64,000 bases of DNA, taken from contig CM060733.1 in the NCBI GenBank assembly GCA_030704615.1, positions 38,440,001 to 38,504,000 of the forward strand, written 5' to 3'. This stretch comes from Takakia lepidozioides. Lineage: Eukaryota; Plantae; Bryophyta. The notes under the pieces were generated by a model. The model worked only from the letters and a program-made list of their open reading frames with translations. It was not told the origin of the DNA and made no database searches. Shown here piece after piece: positions 1-11,551 of the stretch; the first letter of the stretch is position 1, and every line of letters starts with the position of its first letter. A program made the translations under genes and the position numbers.

Positions 1-311
1 GCTTAAATATATGCAATTTAAATTAGGTAATTAGATATGTTATATAGTTTATTTTGTAAACTTTTAGTATCATTTTAAGAATGATATAGTATACAACATA
101 CAAAACATCTAGAAAAATAATAAATTTGTAACATGACTTATATAAACATATACATCCACGAGCTTAATTACATGTAATTTAAAGTGAGTAATATAAATAT
201 TTATACTATAAATGTGATATATACGTATTTGACCAAATATAATAAACTCTGAGAATCACTATTTTGTGAGATTATAAAAATAAAAATACACTGATGAAGA
301 TTCTTCCTTAC

Positions 312-3300
312 CAGTGTGTACCCCATCTAAGACAAAATGCAGTTGATTTCGTGCTTTTATAGTTTGTTTTCCAGCCTCCGCCTGCCAACGAAAGCAAAAT
401 TTGAATCTCATGGCATGGATATGTGCATTGTGGAGCCAGTGAAGGCTGTGCATAAGCAGAGACACGGCTTAAGGACGGTTAGATGCCCAATCTACCGAGT
501 TGCGTCCTTTTCTCATTTGAGGACAAGAGGTCTAATGTTGGGCCTTTGACAAAGGGCATCCAAAACATGAATATGTCCGTCAATTGAACGGCACCCATAA
601 TTCTTTCGAATCGCATACAATATATCACAGATCTTCATTAAGATGTTGCCTTGATTTGTTTTCCAGTTTGTCATTGAAAATCGCAGGGTGCATTCTGCCA
701 TTTGTTTGTTAGATCATTAGTACAATTATTAGTTCCAATTTAATGAAAGGAGAACAACCAGTTAACCCACCCTTCAAAATAAAATAAAAACTTTATTGAC
801 ACTATGTACCTGTTAATCTCCTCTAGTTCGTTGAGCCAATGAACAATGCTACAATATTTGTTGAAATGTTAACTTACAGTTCATTTCTTTCTGCATGCCG
901 CGGTATGAGTAGCCCTCCCCACCTGGTACTTTTTCACACCAACAACAAAATCCCTGCAGTTTTAAATTAATTATTGAAATAATTTATCATATGAAAATTG
1001 CCACATATTGAAAGTTACGCGTACTTTGACTAGTTGCATTGTGGACAGTGGCACTACCAAAACCTTATCAACCTCTGCCTGTTTTCCCTTGTCATTTCCT
1101 CCACCCCTTGTCTAGCACTGGGGTGGCGGTACTGCTAAATTTTGCTCTAAACAATGAAGGAAATTTTTAGTAGTTCGAGCTAAAATATCTGGAGCAGGGC
1201 AGTATGGCTGACTCTGGCTAGCAGTAGTTAGCACTAGCATTAGCAAGGCGGTGCGGCCGGGGCCTTAGCAGAGTTGTCACTATTTCTTTTATTTTTTTAT
1301 TTTTTTAAAGGGATGAGAGGCCCTGTCACTATTGTTAACTGTTAGGTGTGGTCAAATACAAGCTAAATGGTGGCAGCTAAACCTAACAGGTATGGGGTAC
1401 CAAAATGAAAAGTTAACAGAGAATGGGGTACCAAAATAGATCAGAACAAAGTGTATGATTGGGAAAAAACAAAAAAACAAACTGAGGGAATATCTGTGAA
1501 CTAAAATATTTGCTTATATTTACAAAGTTGGACCTAGTGAAGTGCAATAGCTTCATCACTTATTATTACCTTAATAAGCAGACCAGTCCGTATTACTTCA
1601 ACTTTTACTGCCAATATGCAAGGAATAATAATTAATATATATATTTTATATTTTATATTTTAAAACATAAGCGAATTCAGTGGCCCTTTTTCTTAGAAAC
1701 AAATTTTACCTTAGTACGATATTATGCAATTGTGATCCAAAGCCCACTAGTTTTAGCAACAGAGTAAGTGTACCTGACTATCAACTATTCTTGTGTTTTC
1801 TGTTTTGCCGGTCTCGTAATTATAGAAAGCCCTGGAGTATGTGTCAAAAGACAGGAAAATTATTTTTCATCATATGCCCAACTTTTTTTTTTTTAAACAA
1901 AAAACATTTAGGCGTCAAATATATGTGTTCAAGAAACAAAAAAATTATACGGTGGAAAGGAACCAAAAAAATAAATACGCTTTCCTTCAGTAGCGCCTAC
2001 CTTTGGACATATAGATAGCCCAGTTTCCCAAGAGGTTGTGGATTCAAATGTGCTGGATGTCATAAAGGTAGTCCTTTGGGGTCCAGTAACACCATAAGTT
2101 ACACTTGCTTTGGCAAGAGTCCACATTTTATTTTATTTCTTTATTAGGTTCATCTTTGGGATAGAAACAACGAGTAAATTTTCATTTTGGACGCCGTCTA
2201 ACAACAGCTAACAACGTAATTTGTTTCGAACTATATGAACTAATTATTTACCCAACGGTCATCTTTCTAAATAAGGTTAAGGAAGTGAATGTTTTAAAAA
2301 CTCGAGTAATATCTGTTCTTGCTTAACCCTTAAGTTCCCAAGCGACCTGAACCGGGTCACTTTGAATTTGCAGTTCGACCTAATTTTTGCAGATCTAATC
2401 TGATGGGCCCCACTCCTGAAGCTTTAATGACAAGGGATTTGTCTCGAGTATGATGCAAAAAAAAAAATTAAGAAAAAACAAAAGCTACGACCTACAAAAA
2501 ATATCTTAGGTCTCTCATTTACGTTTTGGGGCCTGAAAAGGGCTTGTTGACCGCTGACGTGGCAGGTAAACAAGCCCAAAACAGATTGCACTCCAAAGGC
2601 CATTTTTCGCAGAAAATTAGCAATTTTGGAAAAGGCGCTTCACCTTGTGGTATGTGAGCATTACATACACACATCCACTGTTGGCTTTTAAAAAATTTGT
2701 AGAAAAAAAAGTACTTCATTTGGAGGCACATTTTCTCTTGTCAATTTTGAGATTTCAACCCCCATGTAATTGCATGCAAAGCAACCATAGGTGAGAAAAT
2801 CAGTTGGACCTGCAATTTAGTGGGGTCATAGCCACTCCACTATTGATTTGGAAATGGTGGGTCTTGGGGCAAGCAAAATTGGATAAAGCTAGGTTTTGAT
2901 TTGGTCAAACCAATTTCTTTCTCACTTTTTCTTTGGGACCTGATATTTGAGGTCCGGGCCAACGCTATAATCTCACAATTTCCATAGTGGACTTGGGCTC
3001 ATTTTTTGGTATGTCATGCATAAATGAGCTGGGCCCATTGCTATAAGACTGGAATCTCCGGATGATTTTTGGTAGGTTTCTAGGGGCAATTTACTGCAGC
3101 TGGGTACCCAAAATTGGTAAAAAGTCAAAAAAGGGCTTGGGAACTTGAGGGTTAAAAGAAGAAAAGAAAAAGTGAAGAACTCTACTAAAGTTATGAGATT
3201 TGGTGCTTTTTGACCGTGCATCTCAACAGCAAACAAATTGCTTTTGTTGCTTTAGAGAAAGCTATTAGGAAACTCCATATAAATGAAAGAGTCAAGCTTG

Positions 3301-5157
3301 GGGTGAAATAGAAGCCTATGTTGTTATGAAGCAATTAAACGGAAGAAACATTTATCCATGTACAATTAAAAAAATGTGAAAAACATGGAAAAATATTAGA
3401 GCAATTTGTATGAAACTTTCTGGTTACAATCAAAATTACATTTTCAAAAAAAAAAAAAAAAAGAACTTACATGTAGTAAGTTAAGACAATTCTGAGTAAT
3501 TTGGTGGAAAAAATAAATTATCCATAGTAATATCAATTAACTTAGCACGTTCCTAGATAACATACCTAACTAAAATTGTAAATAAGTTTTTCTCCTATAG
3601 GAAATAAACCCAATCCTGTTTGTTAATGATTTTGCGAGAAATGTGAGGAGAGAAAAGCAATGGTACCAGCCACAAGTCACGTCTATCGGATTTTGAATAT
3701 AATCATCTTTGCAATCATCTGGTCCCCCCGCCACTATAGGCACTTCATATGGGTCTCCATTGTATGTCTGTCCATGCATTGCCCCACCACCAGCTTGCCA
3801 CAACAAGTTTACACATTGCTTGCTTTGTGTAGTTTCCAAGAGGACTGTACATTCTATAACACCCATAGATTTCTCACTTTGCTGCCACCAACTTGTGGAG
3901 AATGTGATCCATAGTTCCCAGATGTTTTTGAAGTAAATGGTTTTCCGAAGGTAGTTCTCACCCGTGTATAATACAGGGGATACACTGCATACCCTGCGCC
4001 CTTCGTTATACTGATTCTGTAGCCGGTGTCGAGCTCAAGCTTTGTGCGATTAACAGCGTCTGTCACTGTAAAGAGGTCGAGCGAACCTGTGGCAAACTGC
4101 AGCCGTCACGCAGCACATATATGACCCCCAGATCATGCTGAACTACCCTGTCAGTTTAGAGCTAAAGCCTGAAGTCTAGTCCCCTCTCAAGTGATTATAC
4201 CAGCCACGTTATATCACACACATACTTGAACGACACAATAAGAGCCACTGATGGCACATCCATATCCTCTGGAAAGCTGGCTTAGTTGTGCAATGTAACG
4301 TCTGTCTCTCCGCATAGACGTCAACCAGAATCATTAACCTTCAACCCGATTTTTGTGAAGGATGTGGGCAAGTGGACTAAGACATTAAAATGTTACTGCG
4401 GTGGTGGTGGGGCAAGTGCTAGCAGAGTTTCATGGGGGATACGTTCAACGGTCTGTCTCTCTCACACAGACACTACTGCTACGTGGAACATCACACATTG
4501 CTGGCCACCAATTGTCAAGCTAGCTCGTAATTTCCATACTCACGTCTAATCAAGAGTATGGAAATGACGTACCGATTTAAATCAAATATAAAAGTAAATT
4601 CATTGGTGGATTCAGATATTTCCAGCACTTATTCCTCATAGCTCATTCATGGTTAGTACTTTCAAGTCTCATACGCCCTTGAATTAAAACGCAAACTTCC
4701 AAACGAGACAAACTTCCAAACGCAATTTACACGAATTTTTTAAAGTACCAGCCAAAGGCTTAAGAGTACGTAATTCGTGCAACCCTAAACACCTCGAAGG
4801 CTGTTGTGGTGGGAGTCAGCATGGGAGGGAAAATTCCCAAGCACTTATACTTTCCAGATCCACAGATCGACGTCCAAAATCATCAGCACAATGAGTTCCG
4901 AAAACAGCCCGATCTCATACATGTAACGTTCCTACCTCTTGATTATTAGTAACAGTCAGCTGGATGAGCAGCTTGCTGTCGCAGTTCAAATCTTTTTCAT
5001 GCACCGATGTCCTGTCGCATTTCTGGAGCTCACTCTTGGATTCAACGCTAAAAGCCCATCCAGGCCGCATGCAACAGCCCAACAGTAGATGCAACGTCAT
5101 AATTTCTCCCACAAATCGCAGGTTCCTTCTACTCCTGTGATCTTCCATCAACAACAT
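312..5157 (-). CDS. HAP2: HAP2/GCS1 gamete fusogen, 5' six exons; gene continues off the left edge
   Basis: Manually spliced GT-AG exons with consistent phases: 5157(or 5148/5100)-4936, 4096-3962, 3767-3667, 1831-1774, 953-878, 381-312. Product: hydrophobic leader, then SVESKSELQKCDRTSVHEKDLNCDSKLLIQLTVTNNQE|FATGSLDLF..RISITKGAGYAVYPLYYTR|TYNGDPYE..CKDD..VTCGW|AFYNYETGKTENTRIVDSQ|GFCCWCEK..YRGMQKEMNC|GGWKTNYKSTKSTAFCLRWGTHW. This matches HAP2 motifs (SxLEKC..LNC..K; TK..YAxYxLxY; TCGW..SQGFCCxC; TAHCLRF). Confidence 0.9.
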
Positions 5158-5370
5158 ACTCGCCTCACAACATCTGCTTCCTGTTCGAGCTTCCCAGTGT
5201 TGTGCATCCCCCTCGGCCTGCAGGAAGCGTGCAGGAATTGAGATAAGGATAGTTCCGCACGCGCCCCTTCAGATCCAGAGATGCATGCAGGTTTCTATAT
5301 ATATATATATACCTAGTTTGTGGTTAAATTATAACAATGCAATTCATATTCATAATATTAGTAATAGCGT

Positions 5371-5561
5371 TAACATTCTCATCCGCGGGATAGGATGTTT
5401 CATCCATGTAATACCTGGAGACAAAAGTGGATAGGGGAAAAGCGGAAATGGAACACGGGCGCAAGGAATGGGTGGACGCCACGTGGTGAAGTACTCGATT
5501 TGTTGGTTGTGGATGTTATCGATTTTGCAGACGTGGCAGCCCGGCCGCCTTCATTAAGTTT
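5371..5561 (+). promoter_or_regulatory. Duplicated copy of the EF-G promoter (5' piece of the EF-G pseudogene)
   Basis: Near-identical to 29805-29999, including GCCACGTGG and GACGTGGC boxes; the match resumes at 14919 after the Mutator-like insertion. Confidence 0.9.
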
Positions 5562-5811
5562 GCCAAGTAATAGATGGGGCCTTGGAGTTGAATGCGAGGG
5601 GGCCGGTTCAGCCAGCGTGGACCCTCCGCCGCCCGCGTACCGTGCGGCAGCCCCTCCCGCGCCTCATCTACCCTGCCAGGACATGACACATGTCCTCTCA
5701 CCCATCCCCATCCCGCCTCCCATCCTCACCTCATGCATGGCATCGTCCCCCATCCCCCTCGCATGCTTTCATCCTCCTCATGCCACATGCTTGCGTCCAT
5801 TGCATGTAAAA

Positions 5812-8800
5812 TGATGAGGGTAGGTGGAATAGACGTACAAGATGAGACAGGACGTTGCGTTGTTGGCAGGCATCGCGAAATGTCGCTATCGTTGCGCTTG
5901 ATGGCGTTGGCGTACCGCGTCCCGTCATGCAGGTCGAGTTTGTGGATAGGAATGGAGAACCGGCATACGAAGCAGGATGTTGTGGCCGTCTTCAATGGTT
6001 GCACCGCTTCCGCTCCAAATCTGAATTGCGTGCAGGTCCTTATTATCGCTCCACAACCTCAATCTTGCTCTTCTGTGTTATCCGAATTGTCATTGTGCTC
6101 TTCTCCCAGGATTTACCTTGCGGGTGAGTGAGTTTTGCATCGAGCATCCGAAACCCAATCATCTTCGCAGGTTCCCTTCTGTGTGGGTACTTTCACATAT
6201 ACTGTATGCATAGGTTTAGAAATGTGGGACATTCCCGAAGTACAAATACTGAAAAAGAGGGAATAGATCAATCAGGGCAATAGCAGTGGTAAATGAGTGA
6301 ACTAGAGAAGTACGTGTGTGCTAGCCTTAATGCACACTACCCGAGTTCTTGTATCGTTTTCTCACTACAGTACTTAGGAAACTGCAAAAGTGGGGCTGTT
6401 TGGTACTTATGGGCACTTCATGCAAGCATTGACATGAAGCTGAGGTGAACAGTTTGTTTCATATGGAGTTTAGGGTACGACGTTTGTTACTTTTGTGTGT
6501 TACAAAATTGTAGGTGAGGACAACTTATTGCATGTTTCATTTGCTTGGTATTTGAAAGAGCAAACCCGGATAAAGTGTTGTTTCCATAGTTTAGTTGCGA
6601 GCTGCAGGGACGTGCACATATGCAGCCATGAACACTTCCATACAGAGATATTTCATATTATATGAAGTCCTTTCATTTTGTTTTGGTGTTTACGGTTTAG
6701 GGTTTAGGCTCATGCACTCCATTGTTAGAGGTTTTAGGGGGTTCAATGCTCATGCATGCAATTTCAGGGTTCAAAAAGTGTCGTTGCTGTGGATTTATGC
6801 TAGGCATTGTCTGTGTAGGTTTGCACGCTAGCGCTGCAATTGTTGGGAGACTGCGCATTCACGATGAAGGAGAGCAAAATAATAGAGAACCAGAGGGAAT
6901 ACCGCGAGACATATGATACTGATGAATTCGAGTCCCTCATATGCGAGGCCTACACGAGGGCAAGGGTCCATGAACCTGGTGTGTCTAATAGACGACAATA
7001 CAGATGCATACACTGTGATCTGTTTTTTGCCGATAAAAAGAAACTGAACTTGCATAGGATGGATGGTTGTATGAAGCATGGGGAATGGGAAGGTGTCCTC
7101 AAAATGTACCCTGTTTTTGCATACCTGCCAGTTAATCTGATGCATGAGACGAACAGATGCGTGGAGGACTTGTTGCATTCGGACCCGAGCCGGGCAGATG
7201 GTGTGAACAAGGATATGCAAGAATTCATAGACATGACTCGATGGAGAGCTTTGGGGGATTTTGCCATCTGCAATCCAAAGGGTTTTGACACGTTGTGGTG
7301 TATTGACACAAGCACCCTTTCTGAGAGACATGAAGCAATCGGGAACTTCCAGAATACCCTGAAACACCGTGAAGACATTGACATGGGCTGGATTTTCAGC
7401 GCGGAAGGTGATATTGTTCCCATCTTTGCCTGAATGCATTTGCCTTGCATCATCATGCCGTGCATTGTTTACATAGAGCCATTATACTCATTGTTTGTTT
7501 TGTTCATTTTGTAGGTGATGTGGACCATGGGAATGAAGCATTGCAGGCTGCGTACATGGTTGCAATTGCTGATGTGCAACGGGTGGGGGATATTAGACAC
7601 AACCTCGATCATTCCCGAATGAACGGTTTTGACTTCCAGTATGGTGAAGTCACAACACCCCCTCAGGCTTTGCCTTCTCATGAAGTAGATGTGGTGTCGT
7701 GCAGCGTGCTCACAATCAGCCCCTTCCAGTCACGCCTACTTCTCCGATGTTCGGGTCACCAACAAAGCTGTTGCAAGACGCTGAGCCCACACCTAGAGTG
7801 GAAGGGAAGCTTGCACACGAACGCATTGGGGCCGATGATGCAGCAAAGCCCGACCATGTACATGACGGTCGTCTGTGTAACCATGACACCGCCGCCACAG
7901 TACCCTCCTTGGCATTAATGCCACTGAACCAGGTGCTCTTACTCAAATGGAAATCGAATTGCATTCAAGCGAGGTTGTGACTAACAGGTGCACTTGCCTG
8001 CAGTGCATGCGCCCAACAACGCTACACATGCATGTTTTCTCAACCCCGCCCCCTTGGGCATTAGGGATCCTTCTGACAAACGCTTCGTTGTGCCTGTTAT
8101 GGTGCCTGCAGTAACACGAATGGTGTCGTCCAGACCCCCTATACAGCATGCGAACCCTTTGCTCGGTTTTGGAGGAAGGAACGCCCTCGGAGCTCCTTCA
8201 CCCAGAGCTCTGCCTTGGCTACATTGACAAGTGTCCGTGGCAGTGAGGTGGGCACTATGGGAGCATCAACGAGTGCGTGTGCGGATATTGTTTCATGGCG
8301 CACAGTCCACAGAACAGAAGAGAAGATGGAGTCGGAGCCTCCTCATTTACACACATCCCCGTTAGTACTGAATGCCCTCTTTTTGCATCTGACAATTCTA
8401 CATATCCTACCTATGCTTGGGCAACCCCTTTGTCGGCATACTTTTTCTGACATGAACGTGTTGTATGTCGTTGCAGGCTTCATGAAGGGCTGAAAAAAGC
8501 GCAGTGAGTCAACAATCGTCTTATTTCCGTTGAATTCAAATGGTAATCTTTTGCATTATGCACTTTACTTGCCACTGTGCATGCGTTAGACATGTATCGT
8601 GATGGTGTATGTCTCCAGGATATCAGCTGGTGCAGAAGTAAAATAGAGATCAAACGTCTGGTTTTTCCAGAACTGTGTAGGCCCCAATATCGCCCTTAGA
8701 CTAGACGACGCAGATCTCCTGATTAACCCCAAGGGGTAGACAAGTGACAGAGTCATGGATTTCTATTTGCGAATGAAATTACTGTCCGTTCCCGTCCATG

Positions 8801-9720
8801 TAAGAAATAAGATACGTCCTCTTGACAATTTTACCTGGATATGCCTTCGTGACCACTACAAGGAATCCGGTGCGGGCGCTCATTCTATTCTGCAGTGGAT
8901 GCAAGAATGCTTTCCTTACCTTCAGTGTGATGGGGTGGAGGCCATGATTATTCATGTTATATATGCGTACGTACTCTGCTGCATGCTACCTTATATCACA
9001 CATCGGTGTTGTATTCTCAGTTATGAGTGCATTCATGTTCTAATGTCGTTGTTTGCAATTGTCATGTGCAGATCGCACTTGAGTGCCGTCATTCTGGAAG
9101 GGAAGCGGTACCTCCATTTAAATAGTGTCAAAAGGTCACATACTCACAGTATGCTGAAGCCTTTGTTTGCACGTTTCTGGGCACTTTCCAGAGGATGTCT
9201 ACCCCCGAGCCTTCAATGGAAAAACGCCACTGCCCCCCGCCTGTGGTTGTATCCCCCTGTCCCCCAACAGGTCTCTACTTGGGAGTGTGGTTGTTTTATG
9301 GCACATTACATAGATGTTTACGTGAATCAAACATTTGTACAACCACGAGCAGGAGATGCTGGGCCGGTACGTTTCTCACTTTTCATCTACATTTGTTCTC
9401 TTTCCTACTGGCTTGCACTTAATCACATGCTCATTACTTTTGAGTAAACGGTACCCTTGTCCACTGGGTTTGTTTCTGCAGCTGAACAAGCATTGGTTTC
9501 CGGTGAATGAGGCTGTCATGAAGAAGAGGGAAATATGCCATACTGTTTCACTCGAAGTGCAAAGCGCCTGCCATGGCCAACCATACTATGTTGTGAAAGA
9601 TGAGCCTGTCCCGGATGTATTCCATGGCTATGCCACAAGACCCGCATGCTGGCGAATGCACACAAGAAAGACCACAGTGGAGGGGAGAGGACTTCCATGC
9701 AGGGACATGAGACTGTAGCA
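5812..9720 (+). pseudogene. MULE cargo gene: C2H2 zinc finger exon plus ULP1-like (peptidase C48) protease domain; decayed, boundaries approximate
   Basis: ORF 6840-7433 has YRCIHCDLFF..KKLNLHRMDGC (C2H2/C2HC-like). 9070-9310 has SHLSAVIL..HLNS..PVPQQVSTWECGCFMAHY, matching ULP1 His / Asp(here Asn) / QQ..DCG motifs. Introns and in-frame stops are present. Confidence 0.6.
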
Positions 9721-10319
9721 TGATCCCTTTTATGTCAAGGGTGTTGGTGGCCGCCTTCTCTGCCCCTTTAGGAAGTTGTCTACAACATTTGTGAGCATTA
9801 TGATGTACACTCTATTTTTTCACTCTACAAAGTAAAGTTTTATGAATGAGCCAATCAATGTATGTAGGTTGGCACATGGCAGTCTGCACACAGAACAGAG
9901 GAGGCCAAATCTGTTGTAACTCATGAAAATCTTGCTTTGATGTGTTCCTTCATTATAATGTAAGTGCATACTCATAATCTTCCTAGGTCCAGTGAAAAGA
10001 AGTGGTATGTAACATGGGATAGTACTTCCCCTGAATGGGGTCACATTGATGGTGTCGCCCATAAGCCCAGGGTCCTTGCCTTACCCTTCCTGCAAGGGAA
10101 CTATCTCCGATCGCTGCCAAAGATCGGGGCTCACTTTCATATATCGGGTCCATGAATGTTGTGGATCCTATTGAGCTGGAGCCTCGATTATCTTTCACAT
10201 CGGGGCCTTACCCTGGTGGAATGGTGAATGCCCTTGCACAGTGGTGGATGCCCTTACCCTATAGAGTGCCCACAACAGTTCTTCACTTCATGCAGTGCAT
10301 CCACAGTTTTCTTCTCACG

Positions 10320-10770
10320 GGATGAATGGGATGAATGGTGACGACGAAAGGATAGGGTTGGAATGGATGGGATGAATGCTGACATCGAATACGACTGATA
10401 ACATGGATAGGATGATATGAATGTGCTGAATTGGATGAATGGTGATGGCGCAATATGGATGAAATATGGATAGGGTTGAGATGGATGGGATGAATGTGGT
10501 GAATGGTGATGTCGAATACGGATGAAAGCATGGATAGGATGATATGAATGTGCTGAATTGGATGAATGGTGATGGCGCAATATGGATGAAATATGGATAG
10601 GGTTGAGATGGATGGGATGAATGTGGTGAATGGTGATGTCAAATACGGATGATAACATGGATAGGGATGAATGGGATGAATGGTGACGACGAAATATCAC
10701 ATGATAACATGCATAGGATTCCTATGCATTTCCAGAATGGGATGAATGGTGACGGCCTGAATACGGGATG
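10320..10770. repeat. 127-bp tandem repeat built from GATGAATG/GGAT submotifs, between the convergent MULE genes
   Basis: CATGGATAG anchor recurs at 10402, 10529 and 10656; the His-rich ORFs here are its translations. Confidence 0.85.
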
Positions 10771-11360
10771 GTAATATGCATATGCTTGATATGGATGAAA
10801 GGTTTTAGGGTTCCTCTTCTCATGTACATTGCATTGTATGCATGTCCCTGTTTCCATGGCTGAAATGCGTGTGAGCAGCCGTCTATCAGCCAGCCTTCGA
10901 GGTGGCCACTCTACCACTACGCAGGATGCATATGGAACAATGTAATGTACATGGTTTCAGGATGGTTGAGGCAAATTATGTCTTGTATCCCGGCTATTTT
11001 TGCAATGTGGTTGCATGTGCCAAAGTCTGCAAGGCAATATCCATTGTTGAGGCTTATGACGAGCATGGAATGAATGAATGAAATGAATGCAACACCCTAT
11101 GGGAAGAACACATTAGACATGCCATGACATGCAAAATTAACACCAAACATAGTCCAGAATCCATGCAATTTCATATCAACACGCCTTCATGATTCAGCAC
11201 TAACCACTTCATACATGAATGGTAATTGTAGCCTGCATATCCACACAATTTCGGAAGACAAATTCATAGCATTGAGAACGAAACATATACATGAAGCATG
11301 GCACGTCATGGGAACATTAGGATTGCAAATGTTAGGACCAATGTCATTGTGGTCCAATAT

Positions 11361-11386
11361 CTCCAGGGCCCCATCTATTACTTGGC
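11361..11386. repeat. Internal copy of the right TIR terminus
   Basis: CTCCAGGGCCCCATCTATTACTTGGC versus CTCCAAGGCCCCATCTATTACTTGGC at 14893-14918 (1 mismatch in 26). Confidence 0.9.
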
Positions 11387-11551
11387 ATAACAAACAGGGT
11401 ATTGCACACTAGGAGCATGATGAACCCCCCCCCCCCCCCCACCTTCATGTGCATCAAGATGCGTACAATTGTCTCTTTGCTGCATTCTGCCGTTCAGGCA
11501 GGTTTGCCACATGACGCTTTCTACCGCGCGCTTCCAAAAAATCTTTCCATC

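Noticed and set aside
10254-10700. His/Ile-rich proteins
   Set aside because: Translations of the 127-bp tandem repeat.
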